DNA of 64,000 bases from Lytechinus pictus (lineage: Eukaryota): contig NC_087251.1 in the NCBI RefSeq assembly GCF_037042905.1, positions 3,102,001-3,166,000 of the forward strand, written 5' to 3'. Positions 31,217 to 44,400 of this stretch are shown in pieces. Position numbers and translations under genes: made by a program. Under the pieces are notes generated by a model. It was not told the DNA's origin. It saw only the letters and a list, made by a program, of their open reading frames with translations, and made no database searches. Positions within the stretch are counted from its first letter, which is position 1. The number at the start of each line of letters is the position of its first letter.

Positions 31217-34200
31217 CATCATACATCTTTTAAAAGTTCCTGATGATATTATATTGTTCTGTTTCAAAAGGAAAGTTTACTTTGAAATTAGTTTGTTTAA
31301 ATAAACAAGAAAGAGAGGAACAGACTAGTGAAATTTTAACAAACAAGGATTGGAACTAGGCAAATCATGAACTTTCAAAGTTTTTATTAAGCAAGTACTT
31401 TGCAATATATGGTTTCCTTCCATTCATTTGTGAAGTAATAAAAGTAAATTTACCGTAGTGATAACAAATTAATTTTTTTTTTCAATCCATAATGAAAATA
31501 TAAAATTTCACATCAATGACTTTATTTAATGTTGAAGTATGATGAAAAATGTTTGGAAAAATCATGGGAAAATGAAAATTTCTGACTTGAAGATGAGCTC
31601 ATGGGGGTGATAGGCTCAAATATTACAATCAAAGAGTTTGTTAATTGCATATCAAAAGTTCATTATTGTCTAATTTTCATTGGGGATATGCTTAAATGTT
31701 CACTCCCCCATTTCTCTCAATTTCTTTTCAAGCTACCTTGATTTTAGAGTGGACTTTCCCATTGAATGTGTTAAAATATTGCTTGTTAGATTTATTGTTG
31801 TTCTTTTTTAATCATAAAAATTTTTTAGAGAATGAATTATCAGTGACATCACAGAATTGGAGAAAATATGTAAGGCCTGGGAAAGTGTTTTATTAAGCAT
31901 ATTGTCAGTGAATTTTCATTACACTGACTAACTTGTTCTGAGCCAATCAGCTACAAGGATTTCAGTAGCTTGTAACAGGTATCAGTGAAAATAAGAAACT
32001 ATTTTGTTTAACAAAATACTTCCAACAAAAGTTTTTTGTGGTCTGGATGGGGGAGGGGGCAGTTATTGAAATTTCAGAAAAATATTCTCCAACATCAATT
32101 TAGAATTGATTCTTTAACTTACTCAAGATAAACTAACCAGATTACAGTTGTTTACGTAGACTGGCTCTTTGATGGAAATTGAATTTAAAGAGAAAAATGG
32201 AATGTCAATATTTTTAAGTAGTTCAAGCTAAAGCTGTAGGCTTAGAGAATTAAGCTTCTAACATTTCCACTGCATCCTCATGCTTCATGCAATATTTACT
32301 TCATGAGTTTAGAAATAGTTAAACGAAGAAGAGATTAACATTCAGCATATCTGATCATAGTTAGGCTGTTGGGGGTTTTAAAAGACCAACACTAGAAATC
32401 TATTTCAAGGAATTTTGATTCAGGTTAATATAAATTTCTAACTAACTGACCAATTAATAATGAAAACATTAACAATCTTATTTTATTTTGTGTTTTTTTT
32501 TTCCATCAAAAATGACACCACTGCTAACATGTTATAAAAGAATTTAAAAAAGGGAGAAGTATTGTTATTTGGAACAACATGATTGCTGGATCTAATTTAT
32601 GAATTGTTTGTAATGAGGCTGTGGGCACTATTTCTATGAATTGGAAAGGCCCAACAGACACCATGTGAAATATCATATTGAAAAATATGATGGATCTTGA
32701 ATATTAAAATATAGAGTTCATTGATGGTATTTTGCCAGTTTGAAAATATTCCATCTCTTTGTTTGGCATTGTTATATTTTGTGTGTTAATGTTGCTCTTA
32801 TTTATTTTGTTTGTTTCTATGTTAATTTTGTTGATACTATGTCTAATGCGTTTATATTTAAGAATGTTCTTATCATGATTTTTTTATTAATTTTGCTTGT
32901 CAAAAAGTGTAAGATATTCACTCTGAATTTTGATGTGTACAGATGATTTTTGCAAGAAAATGGTTAGGGAACTTTAGTAGTACTTATTATATTAGCGATT
33001 TCACAAGCCCTTTTTAAATTATTAATTAATGATTTTATTCACAAATGTATGTATCATTAGGAGATAAAAATTTCATAGTATAATAATACAGACATGAAAG
33101 CTGCATAGAATTGAATGATGTAATCGCCCAGCATTGTATAGGTAGACACTGTATGACTACAAAGAAACTGAAATTAGACATTTAGCTTTACACAAGATGC
33201 ATGTACACTATTCTGACTATTCCCTTAGCAGCAGAGTTTGAAAGATTTGCTTCATTATATAAAATTTGAAGAGAAATAAGTGATATACTAGTTACTTTTT
33301 GAATAACCTTCAAATGTTATGCTATACAGAATTATGAAATGTATAGTCTTTTGATTGTGCCATGGTAGCTGTTGATTAGAGATGATGAGGTGATGAAATG
33401 CTTTTTTTCATTTCATACTCCTTTTTGTAAACTCCAACAGAAGAGAAAAGAACAGTTACATGTAGGTAATGTTTCCATCTTGGAGTAACCCCCATGTTTT
33501 GCAATTCTTCATGAACACAATAGATAATTTCAAGTTTTGTGTCGGTGTACTGACTTTAATTCCAATATTGAATGTGGGCTTGATGTGACTAACATATGAA
33601 AGCTCAATATCTGTTGTTTATCGCAGCACCAGCCTCACTTAAAATTTGATGTGATGAATTGTGTAAATTAGGCCCAACACCAACGTCATTTCCATTTATG
33701 CTCAATCTTATACTGTTTTTATTTACAAAGGAAGAATGTTTATCTGTGAACTTGTACCCGATTTATATTGCTTTGTATTATGTTTGAATGGAAATGAAAT
33801 AAAGAATTGAATTGAATTGAATCAGTTATCAACACCAATCTTAAAATCACACAATATGTTTTTTTCTGTTAATAGCCAAAGGCTTATGTGCCTTATTTTC
33901 CATAATTTGTGGACTTGTCATTCATCCTAATCTGTCATACCCTTTTCAAAATAAATAGGAAAAGAAAATTGTGGATGATTATTGGTAAACTAGGTGAGGG
34001 GGTGGGGTGAAATGAATTTAAGATATATAAAGATTTGTATTTCAATAGTTAAGTCAATGACAGGCTGAATGTGTTGGAAAAAAGGATTAAACTAAAAATC
34101 TAAGTCAATCAAGCATAGTAGGCCCCTTTGAATATAGGAATTGTTGATGCAAATTGATGATGAATTAGTATAATTGTTTTTAAAAAGCTGATATTGACGC

Positions 34201-36426
34201 ATCAGAAATCTAAATCTGTTTTATTTTTTCTCAGTGAACCTATCTGACAAACAAATTCTGGCAGTATCATAAATCATATGTACTTCAGATACTATTCAAG
34301 CTCTATTGAATTTACTGAATGTTGCTCGAAAAATAGAATTTATCTATGTTTATATGATACTAAATGATTTGATACATAACCACATAATCAGCCTCTGAAT
34401 CTTATGAAATTTTTACATTTCTTATCAACCAACCAACCCTCATACTCACATCTGAAAATCATATACAACTGTCAACATATTTGATGTATAGTAAAGGCCT
34501 TTTTTCACCTTACATAGATAACCCACTATTACCCATTTTATACTGTGTGTAGTCAATGTAAAAATAATGTATCAAGATCATGTAGATCATTTTGAGTATT
34601 ATTGCAACCAATTTTATGAATAAATGATATTTGATTGTATAGACCTAAGTATAATTCTGTTTTATTTGTTTTGTTGTGATTTTACAATAAAGTCTTTACT
34701 ATTTGTTGAAATGTATCCATATGTTAATTTGTTCTGTTGTATTAGTAGTGAATTCAAGATATTATATGGGCAGAGGGCATGGAAATTTGTTCAAATTTTC
34801 TCTTAAGATTTCTGACCCCCCTAAAAAAAAATTACCTGTTACCTATCATCCAGATGCCTAGTGGCACATAATGCCTCCACCGAACGTCTCCCCCTTCGCC
34901 TATCAGAGGCCACAGCTCTGGCTTCTGTCCATGTCCTCCATCCAGCCAGGGTCCTTTCTTTTTCCCCCAAAAAATAATAACTAAATGAAAATAAGATATA
35001 ATATAAATGAGTAAATAAAATAAAATAGAAATTAAATAAAGAGAGTGTGGTTCCCGCTTCCCACACAGTCACAATTTGCCACACCAAAACTCTGGTAAGT
35101 AAAACAGTTGTAAAATCAAGAGGTTGGGTACTTATCAAAGGGGGATACAGTGTACCCTCTGCACCCACCCCACCCTTGGATCTGCACATACCTTGGTTAT
35201 CAATATTCTTGAGTTGGTATTTACTTCTGCATATCTTCTTGAATAAGGAATGAAGGCAGTACTCACATTTATGATTAATGACAGCTCCACCCTTATGTCA
35301 GCCAATGACACCCCAGTAGCTCCCCATATACTAAGCAATATTAATTCATTTAAAGTGATATTTTCCAAGAAATTACAAGGATTTCACATAAGGGTGCATT
35401 TGATATTATAATCCATCATATTTCATACAATCTCCTATGAACAAAAAAATCACCATGAACTTAATGACAATTTTAATATGGAAGTCAAATATTACAAAGA
35501 GGAGATTCTATAATATGATTTCACATAATTAAATCTTTTTAAAAATCCACAATAAAATTGTAACTAATGGATTTTCACAAAAGAATCGTGATAGGTTTCT
35601 TTCACCTTTCTGGGTTTTTTAAACCCAGTTCAGTGCGAGTGAACTTGCCTTTAAGGACATTGTAAGAAACTTGATTTGGAAGGAAAATTAATCATGTTTA
35701 CAAATAAGATATTTTGTATGTTTACTCTTCATCAATCCTACCTTTAGCTCCTTTACTAGATCAAGTTTATAACATAATATCGAATCAGATAACAAATATT
35801 TGATTGGTTCACTGGGTAGCATGGCTTGCTTTTTAATCAGCATACATTCCGTTATATTAAAAAAGACTTCATTATTATTTTACTGTACTCTACTAAATCT
35901 ATTCAGCATGGGCAGTTTTATTTTCTCCATTAAAAAATTTGGCTTATGTATTGTAAAAGCAAGACACCTAGAATAACATCCGACAAGATTTGTATTCAGT
36001 ACTATATAGTTCACATTTCTTTGATTTGTTCTTTTGAACCTAATCACCATATTTCATAATAGAAAACTCATTCCTAGTCTCTCCTAGGAACACAAAAACA
36101 AAAGTTATAGTTGTTTGACAAAAAATATATAATGCCCACGTTCAATCGGGCATAGGGCATCAATTTTTTGTTGTTTTCAAGTTGATATATTAAGATAATA
36201 TGATCATGGACTTGGATGTATAGATAAAGATTTATTTATACCTCCATGATATATCCAGGCTTTAAGTCTTATCTATAGGGTTTTTTCCATAATCTTTCTT
36301 TGCGAATACTAATAATAATGAAATTAGAATGTGTTTGGAAAGGTTGTCCCTACCCTACATCACAAAGATGTTGAATCTGTGACCAATTTGAAATCTTCAT
36401 ATACTGGTACACTGTTGTATATGCAT

Positions 36427-37375
36427 CCCGGGGGGGCCACTTACATTGACGAGTGGATACCATGCGCGACCAAAAAAACACGTTAAAAGGATGTCCTTTT
36501 CACGATAGGGCACGTTACGTACGTAACGTGATAAGGGTGTCAAAAACACAAAAATAATGAAAAAAGGGTATCTATTTCGCTAGAACAATTACGTGTTTAG
36601 GGTCGAATTTGCGGGGATGATTAAACAAAATTAAAATGTTTTATAAAGGATGTCTTTTTGCCCCAACACTTCGTGTTTAGGGTCCAATTTGCGCGAGATG
36701 TAGAAGGTGGGGTCGTACTAAACCAAATAAGGTAAAGCCGACGACCGAAGGACCCGTAACAATAAAACATTCCTGTACTTGTTTAGGGGTTCATTTCAGG
36801 GAATATTTGCCAAGAGTATCGTTTTGTTTCCAATTGTTAAGGGTAGGGTTTCACACGCCAATACTTGTTAAAGGACAAGTCCACCCCAACAAAGAGTTGA
36901 TTTGAATAAAAAGAGAAAAATCCAACAAGCCGCATAACACAGAAAAATTCATCAAAATCGGATGTAAAATAAGAAAGTTATGACATTTTAAAGTTTCGCT
37001 TAATTTCACAAAACAGTTATATGCACATCCTGGCTGGTATGCAAATGAGGAGACTATGACGTCATCCACTCACTATTTCTTTTGTATTTTATTATATGAA
37101 ATATGAAATATTCAAATTTTCTCCTCATTGTCAAATGATACAACAACTAATTCCTCACTGAATGTGTGGAATTAGCATTGTTTAATATTATATGGTTCAG
37201 TCAAGTTGGTCCTTATTGTCAAATCTATAAAAAAAATGAAATATAGTATAATTCAAACAATAAAAAACAAAAGAAATAGTGAGTGATGGACGTCATCGAC
37301 TGAGTCACCTAGTTGTGCATATCCTGTTTTGTGAAAAATAAGCGAAACTTATCGTGAATGGAAGTGGCCCCCCGG
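36427..37375 (-). mobile_element. CCCGG-terminal MITE interrupted at TTAA (36868-36871) by a Kolobok-like MITE (36872-~37350)
   Basis: Both host TIRs present; insertion begins TTAA|AGGACAAGTCC. Confidence 0.75.
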
Positions 37376-37838
37376 TACAATAGTTTTTTTTTTTTTACAT
37401 CTTTTAGATATTTACCTATTTCCATAATTCATCCAATTTTATTACATTTTAAGTATATGATCCTCTGATAGTTTTATCTGTAAAATATAAAATGAATGTG
37501 AAATAAATACCAAGTTCAATGGAAATTTTAGAGTTCAAGCTATTTGTCAAAGTTGGGATTTCTTTCTGGGTTAAATGTATCTAGGTTTAAAGAAAAACAC
37601 AAACAACAACAATGCCGAAGAAATATAATGAAATGAAAATCAAATTTCCTTCAAGTTCACAATAAGAGGAATTTCCCTTGCCAATGGCAATAGCTGAGCC
37701 CAATAAGGTATTGATGTCAAGATATAGACGTGTAATAGCTATATCGATCATCTCATATCCTACTATTACATAGCGTGAAACAACTATTGTTTGTCTTTGT
37801 CAGTTGACTGCCTTCGAGCGAGGGCCACCGACCCGGTG

Positions 37839-37852
37839 ATTACCATAGTGAC
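37839..37852. promoter_or_regulatory. Candidate RFX X-box in the WDR64-like promoter
   Basis: ATTACCATAGTGAC (reverse complement GTCACTATGGTAAT) in a CpG-rich patch about 430 bp upstream of the ATG. Confidence 0.45.
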
Positions 37853-38280
37853 TACACGCTAAGGTCGTATGTAGGTCGGTCTCTCTGCGATCAGTAGTGC
37901 AGACGATAAGTGAGCAAATTCTACCATAATCGATAGATACAGCGCGAGAGATATAGAAAAGCAAGGAGGCGAAAGCTAGACATAATTGCTGCTTTCTCAT
38001 TTCGAGACCACGGTTTGAAAGAGTAATTTCTTTGAAAAAGGTGAAAACTACCCATCATTCTGCGTTGCAAGTATTTATATATTGTGAATGCTAAGTTAAT
38101 TTCAAAGGACAAAACTTTTTGACGTTTTGCAACTAAATCAAGGCCGTCGTCGAGTTGAGACTTTACACTAGTTTGACTACTCCGAATAGCCACCGGAACC
38201 AATGTTAATTTCTGAAATATACATTATTTCATCATGTTCGATGACTGGATGATTATTTAACCTGACGGAACTAAGGAGTC

Positions 38281-38440
38281 ATGACATCCAAGGCGCCTGA
38301 GAAAGCATCTGGTGGTCTCCCGAGACCATATACCACGAATACTTTTCGACAAAAGTTGGAGCAATTTGAAGAACTAATTGCCCGTCTCACCCAGCAGGAC
38401 AGCGAGGCAAGCGCGGAGGAGCGTCGGCAGGCAATCAATG
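38281..38440 (+). CDS. WDR64: WDR64-like exon 1 (MTSKAPEK...RQAIN)
   Basis: ATG, CpG-rich, donor G|gtatga phase 1. Confidence 0.85.
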
Positions 38441-41400
38441 GTATGATCCCATTACCTTTCCTTGGCCTTGGGCAGGTGGGATTCGAGAGGTAGTCCCGAA
38501 AAAGAGTCGGATCTCGGGCGTGGGCGTTGGTGTATTATAGTTTTGAAAAAGAAGTTGTCAAGTAACTTTTTGTATTTTCAAGTAGGACCTCATGATTATA
38601 TGAATTTTTCTAAATTTATTTGTTATACTCATTAAAGCTGATGTTTGTTTATTTATCATGATAAGAGTCTGGAATGTTATGTCCATTACTATAAATAGGA
38701 AAGTCACTATCTCTGCTGGAATTCATCTTCATTAATGTCATCACCTTTTCATCATTATCTTTATCCTCATGCTCATTATTTTTTATAATTTTATTGTCAT
38801 TATTATTATTGTTATTATTATTATTATTGTTGTTATTATTATTGTTGTTGTCATTGTTATTATTAGTATGAACATTATCATTATGACCTTAAACTAAGCC
38901 TTCTTAATGTTATTGTCAATTGTTTTATTCATCATGATTATAATTATTGATTCATTTGATAGAAGACGGATGTAATAAAAGCAATGGGAAGAATGGTCTC
39001 ATATGTTTATTTATATTTATAATAATATTTTATGCAAATTTCACATATTTCATTAAAACATGAACCAGAGTAGTAGGTCCATGATTAAACCATGTCAGAA
39101 TAATATGTATTCCTATTAGTTAATACAGTAAATATTTATGAGTTATTGTGTGTTTTCTTCATATCACTTTCATTTGTGCAGTCTCAGTCTATCAGAAGCA
39201 TGTAACCCTGTCTGATAAGAGTCCTAGTATGATTTGGTGATATTTAAACGAAAATATTTCAAAATAATCTGTTTTATCAAACCATTCTCGAAGGACAAGT
39301 CCACCCCATCAAAAAGTTGATTTAAATAAGAAGAGAAGATCCAACAAGCATAGTACTGAAAATGACATCAAATCGGATGTAAAATAGGAAAGTTAAGACA
39401 TTTTTAAGTTTTACGAAATAGCTATATGCACATCCCGGTTGTTATGCAAATGAGGGGACTGATGACATCAATCACTCACTATTCTTTTGTATTTTATTAT
39501 GTGAAATATGGAATATTCTTGTTTTCTGCTCATTGCCCTGTGAAACTGTTTTATTTCTCCCTGAACATGTGGAATTACCATTGTTTAACATTTTATGGTT
39601 CAATCAAGTTGATCCTTATTGTCAAATCTGTAAAAATGGAAATAATGTATAATTCAAACAATAAAAAAACAAAAGAAATAGTGAGTGAAGGACATCAGCG
39701 CTTCTCTCATTTGCATCTGACTAAATTGTGCATATAACCATTTTTTGAAAAAAAAGAAAAACTTAAAAATGTCATAACTTTCTTATTTTACACCAGATTG
39801 TGATGATTTTTTAGCATTATGCTTGTCTGATTTTTCTCTATTGATTCAAATCAACATTTTTATGTGGTGAACTTGACCTTTACTTAAATTATGGGCAGTA
39901 TGGGCAGGTGATGGTTTGCTTTGATATTTCAAGTGATAAAAGAATATAGAAAATGCAGATGAAGAAATTAAATGAGGAACAAAAATAAAGTCACCTTAAG
40001 GATAAAAATAGGGCTCAGATATCCTGGTGACAACCCTGTTTACAAGTTATAGTATTCTATTGTGAATTTGATCTTTGTAACTTAATAAGAAATAATTGTA
40101 TAGCACTTATCGCAAAACATGTCTCTAAGCGCTTACATGTAGGAAAATTAGAAAGAAAGAAAGAAGGAATTTCAGCAAAACATTAAAGTAATTATATAGT
40201 TCACAGTAGACTATAGACAGCAAAGTCATATGAAAAATTGTTTACCAAACAAGACCCCTTTCTTATATTAATCTATCCTGGACGAAAGTCATGCCACATT
40301 ATGTTTTTATGAATGTTTTTAACAGAAATATGGCGCAATATAAATGCTGTGGATCATCATCATCATCGCATTATTTGCATTTCAGTATATTTTCTGTATC
40401 ATACATCTTTAAATGTTTTGCCATTGTTTCAGAAAACCTGAGGTTTGACACGTTCTGTGATTCGATCCAAGCTTTATTTGGACCAGACATCCGAAGCAGC
40501 GATCTGAAATCAATTTTCAGAAAAATCAGCAACAATCCAGATGCTAAGGTTGATTGGAGTGAGGTAAAAAACAAAAATCAATGATTTCTGTCTTTCAAGG
40601 ATGTTTTGTTTGTATCAATGAGAAACAATTATGAAAGACCAATGGAAAGAATGGACAATGTCAATTCAGTGCTGTTATTGTTCTACATAGAAACAATTAA
40701 TGCTTGGGCACTGCTTCTTATTTTCTACATTGTTTGTTTGGGGGATGGGGTAGTTCTGTTTGAGGTGAAAACAACCCCAATAATATTTAAAAAAAAAACA
40801 CTTGTATTTACAATATAATGATATTATAAATCAAGAACTTATTCAAGTATTTGTAGCTTGACATTCTAAGAATTGCTGTAACTTGTTCTTTGTTCTACTT
40901 GATGAAATGTTGTGGGTTCCCATTGAATATTCTATTTTTGCTTCAGATTTTTGGATACTTTCATTCTACGACTGATGAACCTGAGCCGATGCTAAATGAA
41001 GACATCAGTGTTTTTACTGTCTCAAAGAAACAAAGAGTTGGAGAGGCTGCAGGTAATGCAATCAATTCACTTGAAAATTTAGATTTTATTACCATTGCAT
41101 GGGTCTTGAATAATTAAATCAAATTGCAAAAAAACCTGTTTCACATTTGCTTTTAATCACTTAAATGTAATGAAATACAATTTGATTTTGATTATATTTT
41201 GTGATGTGTTATTTTTCACTTGATCTTTTTAAAGATTTACATAGTTCTTTAAAATTGGAAAATGTATTGTTTGCTGTTATTCTAAACATATTCATTTATA
41301 AATCATCAAGATTATTTCTGTTATACCCCCAAACATATAATTTTTGTAAATTTATTTTATCTTATCTGAATTATCTAACATATTTTCTCTTGCAAATTTC

Positions 41401-44400
41401 AATTTGTATTCTTATGATGTTTATGAAGATATTTGTTTTGGTTTAACAAGTTTGTACCCATGTGATGATAAGTGTGTTTCATGCTCTTTGGAATGTAATA
41501 TATGTATGACTGTCTGAGTATACAATCTTACATTGTCTGAGCGTACAATCTTATGTTGTCACTGGAAGAGTTTTCTTTTGTAATCTTAGGTACGTAAGTT
41601 TAATAAAAGAAATTAATTTATATTTTTGTATTAGGTGACAAGAAGAGAAGAGATGTGATTCATGCTGCAACAAGTGTACCTCAGGTAGATGTGTATCTAG
41701 CAGCATCTCAGAAAGGGGTTATATCAGTATGGAACTGTAAGGTGAGAAGATGATTTGTTCAATCTCCATTACAGTATCTTTATGGTCAGCTATTATCAGA
41801 ATGTGTACAAAACATAGATTGATTTTCTGCAACTTATCAGATGCAATGTGTTACTTACATTCCTCTTCTTTGTCTTGGGTGGCAGCGGTGGGATCGTCAG
41901 AGCAAAAATTATACACCACATAGAGCTACATGTGAATATCTAGTCCAGTGGCTGTATTCTGGTTGTTTATCATGTACTATTTAGTGATTTACCTCTAGTT
42001 TGGTTCACTTTCACATAATCCTTTCATTTACATGGTGTTTGATATATATTTAAAGGACAAGTCCACCCCAACAAAAAGTTTATTTGAATAAAAAGAGAAA
42101 ATTCCAAAAAGCATAACACTGAAAATTTCATCAAAATCGGATGTAAAATGAGAAACTTATGACATTTTTAAAGGACAAGTCCACCCCAACAAAAACTTGA
42201 TTTGAATAAAAAGAGAAAAATTCAACAAGCAAAACACTGAAAATTTCATCAAAATCGGATGTAAAATAAGAAAGTTATGACATTTTAAAGTTTCGCTTCA
42301 TTTCACAAAACAGTTATATGCACATCTCGGTCAGTATGCAAATGAGGGACTGATGACATCACTCACTCACTATTTCTTTTGTATTTTATTATACGAAATA
42401 TGAAATATTTTGATTTTCTCATCATTGCCATGTGAAATGAAGTTTCATTCCTCCCTGAACACGTGGAATTCCATTATTTTAACATTTTGTGCTTCAGGCA
42501 AGGAGGTCCTAATCATCAAATTCGTAAAAATTGAAATATTGTATAATTCAAACAATAAAAAACAAAAGAAATAGTGAGTGAGTGACATCATCGACTCTCT
42601 CATTTGGATGTAACTGACTCGTTCATATAACTATTTTGTTAAAAATAAGCGAAACTTTGAAATGTCATAACTTTCTTATTTTACATCCGATTTTGATGAA
42701 ATTTTCAGCATTGTGCTTGTTGAATTTTTCTCTTTTTATTCAAATCAACATTTTTCTGAGCTGGACTTGACCTTTAAAGTTTCGCTAATTTCACAAAACA
42801 GTTCTATTCTCATCCTGGTCGGTATGCAAATGAGGAGACTGATGACATCATCAACTCACTATTTCTTTTGTTTTTATTATATGACAAGGTCAATGGTGGC
42901 ACTAATACGTATAATGATAGGAGGGGTGAGAAGACCAATAGAAAATAAACAGAAAGTGGACATAATAAAAAAAAAACAGTTTATTTAGAGATGTGGGTTG
43001 GCACTTGGCAAGCCTACTACACATTAGGTGTATTCGGACATGTGGACATGCACTTTTTTTTAATATATGATTTATTTCCCTTATTTTTAATTGACCACCT
43101 AAAAACTAATAGGATGCAATTGACTTTCCCCTGAAGCACTCCCTATGAATGTTGTAGACTGTGTTAATAGATTGCTATTTAGATTGTGAGATAACATTTA
43201 TATTTTCTCTCCAACAGACACTGAGATTACAAGCATGCTGTGATGTTAATGTAAGTATGTCATCTAGCAACTCAATGGTCCATTATTTGTCCCCATTAAG
43301 TGCTATTCAATTAGTAGTGGGTGTAAATTGCTTTTAATTAGTTGTTGCATGCAGTGTTTTGTACATGTACTCGTTATGAATCTCTGTCAAGTTTATCAAG
43401 GGTGGTGCAATGGTTTGAGGCAATGGATGTTACCTGTATTGTGTGGGCACTTGTTGAGCTGACTTAAAAAAACACCTTCAGGTTTTTTATTCATCAAGAT
43501 TTTATCCTTTATAATCTGAAACAAATAAGGATTATTAAATTCAATATGAAAAATTTCATCCATTGCACAGCTTATATGTACATCATTCAGATAAACTTTC
43601 AAGAGTTAAAAAAAATCTATTTAAAACAGTATGTATTACTTCAACTTTTTCTCTGATTGAGGTCACATTTAGTTTTTTGTCTCGCCTGCATAGCAGAGCG
43701 AGACTATAGGCGCCGCTTTTCCGACGGCGGCGTCAACATCAAATCTTAACCTAAGGTTAAGTTTTTGAAATGACATCATAACTTAGAAAGTATATGGACC
43801 TAGTTCATGAAACTTGGACATAAGGTTAATCAAGTATTACATCCTGCCTGAGTTTCAGGTCACATGACTAAGGTCAAAGGTCATTTAGGGTCAATGAACT
43901 TAGACCATGTTGGGAGAATTATTTTCAATATCTTAACCGAAGGTTAAGTTTTTGAAATGACATCATAACTTAAAAAGTATATGGACCTAGTTCATGAAAC
44001 TTGGGCATAAGGTTAATCAAGTATTAGTAAACATCCTGCACCAGTTTCAGGCCACATGATCAAGGTCAAAGGTCATTTAGGGTCAATGAACTTTGGTCAA
44101 GTTGGGGGTATTTTTGAATTACTGTCATAAATTTTAAAATTTATGGATCTAGTTCATGAAACTTAGACATAAGGTTAATCAAGTATTAGTGAACATCCTT
44201 CCTGAGTTTCAGGTCACATTACCAAGGTCAAAGGTCATTTAGGGTCAATGAACTTTGGCCAAGTTGGGGGTATTTACCTTCATAACTTTGAAAATTTATG
44301 GATCTAGTTCATGAAACTTGGACATTAGGTTAATCAAGTACCACTGAATATTCTGTGCGAGTTCCATGGTCACATGACCATGGTTAATGGTCATTTAAGG

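Noticed and set aside
33760..33822. AATAAA as the presenilin poly(A) signal
   Set aside because: Followed by (GAATT)n, typical of a LINE 3' tail; several other AATAAA exist, so the 3' end cannot be assigned
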